DNA of 64,000 nucleotides from a virus (Duplodnaviria; Caudoviricetes): IMG/VR virus record IMGVR_UViG_3300010340_001122; one strand, written 5' to 3'. Below the pieces are notes generated by a model. It was not told the DNA's origin. It worked only from the letters and a program-made list of their open reading frames with translations, and searched no databases. Positions 51,804-59,646 of the stretch are shown here, in pieces (position 1 is the first letter of the stretch; each line of letters starts with the position of its first letter). The position numbers were made by a program, and so were the translations under genes.

Positions 51804-53087
51804 ATGAAGAATCTTAAACTTGAGTTGTTTAACTTCAAAAAGTCATTGTCTTTTGAACAATCGGACGTTGAATATGTAATTGAGGGACATTTAAATTCCA
51901 CAAATGAATTATCAGAAAAACAAGTCATTCTTTCTTTGAATGAGAGACTTAAACCTTTTACCTATGATAAACAAGTTAAGTCTTTTTTGGAAAGTCTTAA
52001 CGATGATATGAGAAATTATGAATTATTATATGAGTTAAAAAGTTTATATAATATTTTAAATTCTAAAAATCAAGGTGAACTTTATCGTCAACCAATTAAT
52101 GTTTTATTACAAACTATTAATTTAGAAACTGATCAAGATAGAATGTCTAAAATTCTTAATGAATTGGCTATATATGATTGGGTTCCAGAAATTAGATTAT
52201 TTGTTCATAATTTATCTAAGTCACCTGAACAAAAAACCAATTTATTAAGTGGTGGAAAAGGTGAATCAGTTTATACTATTGTTGAGCAAGTTGAAGATGG
52301 TCATTTGGCTTTTGTTAATGATTCTTGGTTCATTTTATCAGAAAATTCAATTGAAAAGACTTTATTGGAAAATAATATTAAAGATGAAGAAAGATTACGT
52401 TCTTTAAGAACTTTACAAACTGCTATGCAATTTTGCACTATTAATGAAAGTAGAATTGATTTTAGAATTTCAGAATATTTGACTGTTGGTTTATCAGTTT
52501 CGTCAAAAGGTGGTATTTTTATTAATGAAGATGAATTAAATGATGAAACAACTTTAGAAAGTTTGTTTTCTTCACCAGTTGTTCCTATTGTTAATAAGAA
52601 TTTTTATCCTTTACTGGTTGAGGTTTCTAAAAATATTGATTCTTTTGTAGAACTTGATGTTGTTAAAAGAGTTAGTAACTTAATTAATCCTACATTAGAA
52701 GTTTTTGCATTTAATTATAAGAATAATACTTTTATTTATCGTTGTGATGAAAGATATGGTAATTCATTTTTTAAATATGAATCGGCTTTAGAATTAGTTA
52801 ATGAGGTAAGAAATGAATTAAATTATGATTTAACATATTTTTTTGAAAATAAACTTTCAAAAGAATTAGTTACTAAGAGAAAATTAGAAGATAAAGAAAG
52901 AGAAATCACTCTAAAATTAGAAGATGTTCAATTTAATATTAATAAAGTTGAAAGCTCAGTAAAAATGATTGGTAATACAGAAGTTTTAAAAGAAGCATTA
53001 AGTAATTTAAAGAAAAGAGAAACTAATCTTAGTTTTGAATTACAAGCAATTAAAGAATTACAATATAAAGAAAGAATTAGAGGTTAA
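51804..53087 (+). CDS. hypothetical protein, probably virion-associated, with coiled-coil C-terminus
   Basis: ATATATA upstream; several LNE/LLE/INE sites. Confidence 0.7.
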   Translation: MKNLKLELFNFKKSLSFEQSDVEYVIEGHLNSTNELSEKQVILSLNERLKPFTYDKQVKSFLESLNDDMRNYELLYELKSLYNILNSKNQGELYRQPINVLLQTINLETDQDRMSKILNELAIYDWVPEIRLFVHNLSKSPEQKTNLLSGGKGESVYTIVEQVEDGHLAFVNDSWFILSENSIEKTLLENNIKDEERLRSLRTLQTAMQFCTINESRIDFRISEYLTVGLSVSSKGGIFINEDELNDETTLESLFSSPVVPIVNKNFYPLLVEVSKNIDSFVELDVVKRVSNLINPTLEVFAFNYKNNTFIYRCDERYGNSFFKYESALELVNEVRNELNYDLTYFFENKLSKELVTKRKLEDKEREITLKLEDVQFNINKVESSVKMIGNTEVLKEALSNLKKRETNLSFELQAIKELQYKERIRG

Positions 53088-53110
53088 TATTTTTCATAAT
53101 AAAAATAAAA

Positions 53111-53153
53111 ATAAAAATGAAAAAAGACGAATTAATTCGTCTTTTTTCATTTT
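53111..53153 (+). terminator. long inverted repeat/terminator
   Basis: AAAATGAAAAAAGACGAATT/AATTCGTCTTTTTTCATTTT. Confidence 0.75.
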
Positions 53154-53210
53154 ATACATATAATAAATATAGCATTAAAGGGCTTAGTGTCCTAAAAAAT
53201 AAATGCTAGA

Positions 53211-53576
53211 ATGTATCTTAATAATAAAGATTTGTATGTTGAAATGATTGTATCAAAAGCTCAAGGTCGATTGACTATAAAAGCTGAAAAAATGTTAGAA
53301 CTATTGGCTAAAGAAACCATTAAAAAAATGAGATATTGGTCAAATGATGATAAGAATGATTGTTACCAATCTGGTATTTTAGATATGTTCCAGAATTGGT
53401 ATAATTTTAATGAAGAAAAATCAGTAAATGCTTTTGCTTATTTCACAGAAGTCTTTAAAAGAGGAATTGCCAAAGGATTTAATGAACTATATAAAAAAAA
53501 GGGAGATAATGATAATTTGATAAAAGTTATTTCCATTGAAGGATCAAATGATGGTCAAGGATTACACAGTTTATAA
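53211..53576 (+). CDS. gp55: late transcription sigma factor, gp55-like
   Basis: YLNNKDL, WYNFNEEKSVNAFAYFTEV matches the gp55 pattern YVNNK..NFDPEKS.NPFAYFTQI. Confidence 0.8.
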   Translation: MYLNNKDLYVEMIVSKAQGRLTIKAEKMLELLAKETIKKMRYWSNDDKNDCYQSGILDMFQNWYNFNEEKSVNAFAYFTEVFKRGIAKGFNELYKKKGDNDNLIKVISIEGSNDGQGLHSL

Positions 53577-53592
53577 TTATTTAAAATAAAGT

Positions 53593-54660
53593 ATGGAAAA
53601 TAAAATAGCTTTAATAACCGGAATTACTGGACAAGATGGTGCTTATTTAGCAGAATTTTTATTAAATAAAAATTATGTTGTACATGGTATTAAAAGAAGA
53701 AGTTCGTCATTCAATACAGCAAGAATTGATAGTTTATATGAATCAACCAGAGATACCCAAAATTTTCACCTACATTATGGTGATCTAACAGATTCTACTA
53801 ATTTAATTAGAATAATACAAGAGGTTAAACCGGATGAGATTTATAATCTTGCGGCTCAATCTCATGTTAAAGTTTCATTTGAAACTCCTGAGTATACAGC
53901 AAATTCTGATGGAATCGGGACACTTAGAATATTAGAAGCAATACGTATATTAGGATTAGAAAAAAAGACTAAATTCTATCAAGCATCTACTTCCGAAATG
54001 TTTGGGAAGGTTCAAGAAGTTCCTCAAAAAGAAACGACTCCTTTTTATCCAAGGAGCCCTTATGGTGTTGCTAAATTATATTCACATTGGATTACTGTTA
54101 ATTATCGAGAAGCTTATGGTATTTTCGCATGTAGTGGTATTTTATTTAATCATGAATCTCCTTTAAGAGGAGAAACATTTGTTACAAGAAAAATAACCCA
54201 AGCAGTTTGTAAAATTAAATTAGGACAACAAGATAAACTTTTCTTAGGAAATCTTTCATCGGAAAGAGATTGGGGACATTCAAAAGATTATGTTGAAGGT
54301 ATGTGGCTTATGATGCAACATGACAAACCAGAAGATTTCGTTCTATCTACTGGTAAGAAAATATCTGTTAGAGATTTTACTACAATGGCTTTTAAGGTAT
54401 TAGATATAGATATAATTTGGAAAGGATCAGGTATTGATGAGAAAGGTATAGATTCTAAAACTGGTAATATTTTGGTTGAAGTTGATGAGAAGTATTTTAG
54501 ACCAACAGAAGTCGATTTATTAATAGGAGATTCTACTAAAGCTAAAACATTATTAGGATGGGTCCCTAAGTGTAGTGTAGATGAGTTGTGTAGAGAGATG
54601 GTTTATTCAGATTTTGAAGAAATTTCAACAAAAAACTTGGCGAGTAGTAAAAGATTCTAA
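53593..54660 (+). CDS. gmd: GDP-mannose 4,6-dehydratase
   Basis: [59 protein letters not shown]. Confidence 0.97.
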   Translation: MENKIALITGITGQDGAYLAEFLLNKNYVVHGIKRRSSSFNTARIDSLYESTRDTQNFHLHYGDLTDSTNLIRIIQEVKPDEIYNLAAQSHVKVSFETPEYTANSDGIGTLRILEAIRILGLEKKTKFYQASTSEMFGKVQEVPQKETTPFYPRSPYGVAKLYSHWITVNYREAYGIFACSGILFNHESPLRGETFVTRKITQAVCKIKLGQQDKLFLGNLSSERDWGHSKDYVEGMWLMMQHDKPEDFVLSTGKKISVRDFTTMAFKVLDIDIIWKGSGIDEKGIDSKTGNILVEVDEKYFRPTEVDLLIGDSTKAKTLLGWVPKCSVDELCREMVYSDFEEISTKNLASSKRF

Positions 54661-54706
54661 TCCATTAAACTTTTTGATGGAATATTATAATATAAATAAA
54701 AATAAT

Positions 54707-55012
54707 ATGAATAAATGTATTTTCCAGTTTTGGGAAGAATCTGAGAGAGGATGGGGAATCCGTCCAGATGGATGTTCAATTCATTTAAATAAAGAAGAGT
54801 TAAATGCTTATATACAAAATATCTATAAAAATAGATTAGATGAAGTTCCTGATGAATACGATAGAATAGTTGGTTTACCAGTAGAATGTTTTATATCGGA
54901 TCAATTGTATGATAAGCTAAATCAATCTGGATATTTAAGATTATTTGAGTTTGAGAAAAATAATTTAATCTTAATGGAGGAGATTTTTTTTAAACCAAAT
55001 GAAGTTTTTTAG
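54707..55012 (+). CDS. hypothetical protein
   Basis: QFWEESERGWGIRPDGCSIH; start could be 54677. Confidence 0.7.
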   Translation: MNKCIFQFWEESERGWGIRPDGCSIHLNKEELNAYIQNIYKNRLDEVPDEYDRIVGLPVECFISDQLYDKLNQSGYLRLFEFEKNNLILMEEIFFKPNEVF

Positions 55013-55313
55013 TCTACTATTTATTTTATCTACAATATACTATCTATTTAATCGTAAACATTTACTATTAAAAATTGATAATAGAACTTATAGATCAAAA
55101 TCTAAAGTATTTTTTGATATAATTTACTACTTTACTGATATTTTATACCTAATTTGGATAGTAATAATGATGTTTTATAATATTAAAATGTCTTTATTAT
55201 TAATATTATTAATTATTTTTAGATGGATTTTTTTAAATCCTTTTAAAAATAAACAAGACATGACTTATATTGTTTTAAAATTAATGATTTTATTTTCTAT
55301 TATTATAGGTTAA
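54999..55313 (+). CDS. small integral membrane protein
   Basis: Three or four hydrophobic segments. Confidence 0.65.
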   Translation: MKFFSLLFILSTIYYLFNRKHLLLKIDNRTYRSKSKVFFDIIYYFTDILYLIWIVIMMFYNIKMSLLLILLIIFRWIFLNPFKNKQDMTYIVLKLMILFSIIIG

Positions 55314-55836
55314 ATCTTTTTAGATGATCTTCTGTTATAACAATAAACTCCCATCCTTTTTTATCACAAAATTTAATCATGGTGTTCCATTTATCTCTAT
55401 TTTTCTGAGCCATTTTTAAATCATACTCAAAGTTTTTTAATTTTTTTACAGTTGCTGATGATTTTGGAATTTCTAATTTTTTTTCTTGTAGTGCGATTAC
55501 CATTTCGAATTCTTTTTTAGGTTTTACCTCAGCAACCACTTTTTTGACCATTCCGTCATTTAATTTCATTTCGTAGTAGAAGTCTGGATAATAACTATGG
55601 CTTTTAACTTTTATATCACCATTATCAAAATGAGTCATTTGATACGGTATTGTTATACATTCAGCACCCCATTTAGAAACTTTTTCACTATTATCTAACC
55701 AAGTCATTATTTTTAATTCCCAGGAGCTTCTATAATAAACTCCTCCTTGTGAGTTTAATTTTAGAACTTTATCTTTATTTTTGGGGATGAAATTACCTTG
55801 ATGATAATTTTTATTTTTAGGCACACTGTTTAACAT
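55303..55836 (-). CDS. gp4: head completion nuclease (TnsA-like)
   Basis: YRSSWE, W.AE...IPY, YYPDF, EVKP, KW...C.K.GWEF.VITE. Confidence 0.88.
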   Translation of the reverse strand: MLNSVPKNKNYHQGNFIPKNKDKVLKLNSQGGVYYRSSWELKIMTWLDNSEKVSKWGAECITIPYQMTHFDNGDIKVKSHSYYPDFYYEMKLNDGMVKKVVAEVKPKKEFEMVIALQEKKLEIPKSSATVKKLKNFEYDLKMAQKNRDKWNTMIKFCDKKGWEFIVITEDHLKRFNL

Positions 55837-55853
55837 ATTAATATATATCTTAT

Positions 55854-56549
55854 ATGGGTGCTTTGCAAGAAAGAATAGAATTAAATAAAAAAGTTTTTGG
55901 AACAGATATAGTAGATTTCTATAAGAATAATACTTTATTTATGTATGATAAATATTCAAAAACTGATGAAATGTGTGATGCTATTTCAATTTCTGAAATA
56001 TCTGTTGGTAATTTTTACTTTTTTCACTATCACGATCCATCTAATTGGATGAAATATTCTCCAATTTTTTGTGTAGATTATAGAAAAGTTAAGGATATGA
56101 TAATTATTTTAGGATTAAATTTTAATTTTATACCTCTAGAAATTAGAGGGACTATTTTTGATAAGTTTATATCTGAACAAGATTTTGAAAATAATTCATC
56201 ATTAGAAGTTGATTTCACTGGAGTTTATACTGAGTTATTAAAATATGGATTCGAATATGCTATAGTTGAATATAATGCTATACAAATTAGCTTAGTGCAT
56301 AAAATAAATTTAGAACTACTACCTAGATTTTTATATTCATCTCATCCGAAAAATAAATATGATCCGAAAAAATTAATGGAGATTTGGACTACTAAGTTGA
56401 AAACAAGAGAAAAACGTCATCAAGAAATGACATTATCTATTCTTAGTGAATTTTATGATGTTACCTCAGAAATATCTAATAAATATGATGCCTTAATTGG
56501 ACACATACAGAGATTGCAAGATAGTTTTAATAAATTTAAAAATAAATAA
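55854..56549 (+). CDS. gp2: DNA end protector-like protein
   Basis: GNFYFFHY.D....YSPIF.V....LGLNFNFIP..IR. Confidence 0.6.
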   Translation: MGALQERIELNKKVFGTDIVDFYKNNTLFMYDKYSKTDEMCDAISISEISVGNFYFFHYHDPSNWMKYSPIFCVDYRKVKDMIIILGLNFNFIPLEIRGTIFDKFISEQDFENNSSLEVDFTGVYTELLKYGFEYAIVEYNAIQISLVHKINLELLPRFLYSSHPKNKYDPKKLMEIWTTKLKTREKRHQEMTLSILSEFYDVTSEISNKYDALIGHIQRLQDSFNKFKNK

Positions 56550-56579
56550 TAATATATAAATAAAATTTATTCTGTAAGT

Positions 56580-56927
56580 ATGAAGCATTTAAAAAAATTT
56601 GAGGATCTTGAATATAAAGATTTATTGGCACAACAATCTAAACTAAGAGATGAGATGGAAAAATCTCGATTAGAAGAAGAGAAAAGAAGAAGAAGTGAAC
56701 TCTCTGGTAATCACTTATCTAAATTATCATCGGATATTGAAAAAAATAAACAATTAAATAAAAATCAGGAAGAACGTCAAGAATTAACACATTTAGTTGT
56801 TCAGTCCTTGATATACTCTGAGCAAAATAAAGATGGATTTGATAATTTTAAAAATGATTTAAAACAATTATTAAATAATTATTCTTTAGATAAACTTCCT
56901 AGAAGTGGGTCTTCAATTTATAGGTAA
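56580..56927 (+). CDS. hypothetical protein with N-terminal tag
   Basis: MKHLKKFED. Confidence 0.75.
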   Translation: MKHLKKFEDLEYKDLLAQQSKLRDEMEKSRLEEEKRRRSELSGNHLSKLSSDIEKNKQLNKNQEERQELTHLVVQSLIYSEQNKDGFDNFKNDLKQLLNNYSLDKLPRSGSSIYR

Positions 56928-56978
56928 TTTTGAGGGAAATGGTCTATTTAATATATACCTAAAAATTTTTAAAATTTA

Positions 56979-58703
56979 ATGGCATCAACCTATAATCCTT
57001 TAAATCAAACTAGTAATGTTCAATCAATGAATAGTGCTGTTGAAAATAGAGGTCTTTTTAGCAGAATACTTAGAAATTTATCTTCATGGGGTATGAATTA
57101 TGATGATATGATCATGAGAAACCAAGTCGGAGTTGGTATTAATGAAGATCCATATTCACAACAGGGCAATTCTATGTATGATTTCTTTTCAAGAAGAGCA
57201 GTAGCATCTGTTTTAAATAGAAAATCAATACCTTATTTAGATAGATCCTATGCAGATAAGAGAAGAATATTGAGAGAATATTCTATAAAAGATGAAATTA
57301 GAGATTTTGTTTCTAGCGTTTGTGATGAAGCGGTTATTTATTCTGATAAAGATTTTTGTAAACCTAAAAATATATCTACTGATTATTCACAAGATATTAG
57401 AGATAAATACCAAGAATATTTTGAAACAATTTATAATAGATATGGATTTTCAGATTCAGTTTCAGCTTGGAATTTAATGAAAGATTTCCTTATCGATGGG
57501 TATGTTGCTATGGAAATTGTCTGGGATGATAAAAAGAAAAATATTATACATTTTAATAGATTAAGACCCGAGACACTTCTTCCAGCTTTTGAACCTTCTA
57601 TTGGACATCTTTGGATTCAATATCCAGAAGATCCTCAACTTAGAAGAATATTTCTAGATTCACAATTAATATTCATTTCATATTCAACTCAAAATGATTA
57701 TTCCGAGACTTCTTATGTTGAAGGATTGATTAAGCCTTATAATCAAATGAAGATTATAGAACAGACGAAAATTATGTTCAATATTATAAATGCAACAGTT
57801 TATCAGAAATTTACAATTCCGGTAAAGGGTCTTTCAAGACAAAAGGCAGAAGAACAAATAGGACAATTAATAAATGATTATTCGGAAGAAGTTGAGTGGG
57901 ATGATTCATTAGGTACTTTACAAATAAATGGTACTAAACACTTACCATATAATAAACAAATCTGGTTTCCAGAAGGTGATGCTGGTACTCCTAATATGGA
58001 GTTGATATCACCACAAGGACATAATTTAAATGAAGATGATATTTTAAAATGGTTTTATAATATTTTAAAAAGAGCTTCTAAAATTCCTGTTCAAAGATTT
58101 GAAGGTGATAATGGCGGTGGTAATGTTTTTACAGATGCTGCTGAGATGACTAGAGATGAAGCTAAATTTTCTAATTTTATTAATAGATTGAGAGCTAATT
58201 TTAAAGAACTAATAGTTAAACCACTTAAATTACAAATGTTGGTTGAGTTTCCAGAACTTAAAGATGATGAGATTGCATTAAATCAAATTGATATTGATTT
58301 TATATCAAATCAATTATTTGAGGAGTGGAAAAAACTTGGAAATATGTCTAAAAAAATTGAAATTCTTGGATCATATACTGGAATACAAAAAGCTGATGGT
58401 ACTCCATATTTTCATATTGAATATTTGATAGATAATGTTTTAAAACTAACAGCAGAGGAGAAAGAAGAAAATAAAAGATATTGGATTAATGATTCTGCTG
58501 GTGGTGGATCTTCTGAGGCTACTCCGGGAGATGGTATCTCAGATGCTGGTGCGGGTGGTGCTGGAGGAGATTTTGGAGGTGGTGCTGAAATGGGTGCTCA
58601 ATCTACTACTGAATCCCCAACTCCTGAAACTCCAGCTCCTGATGCAGGTGGATCAGATTCTTCGCCAGACACTGGTGGTGAAAGTTCAGAATTTGAATTC
58701 TAA
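56979..58703 (+). CDS. gp20: portal protein
   Basis: VCDEAV, IDG, IKPYNQMKIIE, KAEE, ASKIP..RF, MTRDEAKF..FI.RLR..F. Confidence 0.92.
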   Translation: MASTYNPLNQTSNVQSMNSAVENRGLFSRILRNLSSWGMNYDDMIMRNQVGVGINEDPYSQQGNSMYDFFSRRAVASVLNRKSIPYLDRSYADKRRILREYSIKDEIRDFVSSVCDEAVIYSDKDFCKPKNISTDYSQDIRDKYQEYFETIYNRYGFSDSVSAWNLMKDFLIDGYVAMEIVWDDKKKNIIHFNRLRPETLLPAFEPSIGHLWIQYPEDPQLRRIFLDSQLIFISYSTQNDYSETSYVEGLIKPYNQMKIIEQTKIMFNIINATVYQKFTIPVKGLSRQKAEEQIGQLINDYSEEVEWDDSLGTLQINGTKHLPYNKQIWFPEGDAGTPNMELISPQGHNLNEDDILKWFYNILKRASKIPVQRFEGDNGGGNVFTDAAEMTRDEAKFSNFINRLRANFKELIVKPLKLQMLVEFPELKDDEIALNQIDIDFISNQLFEEWKKLGNMSKKIEILGSYTGIQKADGTPYFHIEYLIDNVLKLTAEEKEENKRYWINDSAGGGSSEATPGDGISDAGAGGAGGDFGGGAEMGAQSTTESPTPETPAPDAGGSDSSPDTGGESSEFEF

Positions 58704-59140
58704 GCGGATAGTTTAGACTTACTACAAGCTTGAAATCCATTTATTTCATAATAATTATAAGAATGTAATATTACTACTCTAAAATCTATTGTATGACCAA
58801 TTTCTAATAAATTTAATAGTATTTTACCATTTGGTGTTTCTAATATATTTATATCTAAATTGATCTTAATTACATTAAGATCTTTATCAACTACAAATGA
58901 CATTGAGTTAATAGAAAATGTTGAATCTTTTAATCTGAATGAATATTCATCTGAGGATACCGTATCTAATCCACATATTAATGGTGGATTCATATTAGTA
59001 ATATCGAATTGTGATTTATTACCTAATAGAGAATTTATTTTTATTTCTCTATAAAAAGATTTATAATCTCTATATTTTTCTAAAATGTTTTTAAAACATT
59101 CAAGATTGTGAAAATTTTCTAATTTAACATCAACTATCAT
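58700..59140 (-). CDS. hypothetical protein
   Basis: 146 aa ORF coupled to the upstream gene's stop. Confidence 0.65.
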   Translation of the reverse strand: MIVDVKLENFHNLECFKNILEKYRDYKSFYREIKINSLLGNKSQFDITNMNPPLICGLDTVSSDEYSFRLKDSTFSINSMSFVVDKDLNVIKINLDINILETPNGKILLNLLEIGHTIDFRVVILHSYNYYEINGFQACSKSKLSA

Positions 59141-59494
59141 ATACTTTTTTCTTTTCAGAAATAGTTTGTTTCATTTTTTTAAAAATTTTCTTATTTTGAA
59201 TTGGATATTCACATCCATAATTCTTTTGTAATGTTTCTTTTCTTTTAGATTCTGAGCATTTTCTACAATAATATATGCCCCAGTTATTGCCATATTTTAT
59301 ATAGTTTTTATAGATTACATCTTTTTTAATACCACATCCATCACATTCACATTGTATTTTATGATGAGATCCTTTTGATAATAGTTCAGTTGGGATTATT
59401 AATTCATCACCAATAGAAATGTCATATCCTAAATTTTCAAAATATGAAAATTGGATTCAATTATTTTAATTTTAATTTCTCTAGTAAGAATCAT
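59130..59494 (-). pseudogene. frameshifted Zn-ribbon protein (endonuclease-associated N-terminal module with no nuclease domain)
   Basis: MILTREIKIKIIESNF then, in the -1 frame, SYFENLGYD..GSHHKIQCECDGCG..YYCRKC..KNYGCEYP..VYDS to TGA at 59130. Confidence 0.7.
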
Positions 59495-59646
59495 AAAAAA
59501 CCGTTAATTTTTATTTATATATCTAAATTTTCATGTCTCTGTGACGTTTTAATATCATTGAGTTTTATTTATTCTGTAAAAAATCCACCTTTAATTTTTT
59601 TAGGTTTTTTTAAGTTGATATATAACTAAAATAAAAGGTAAATTTC

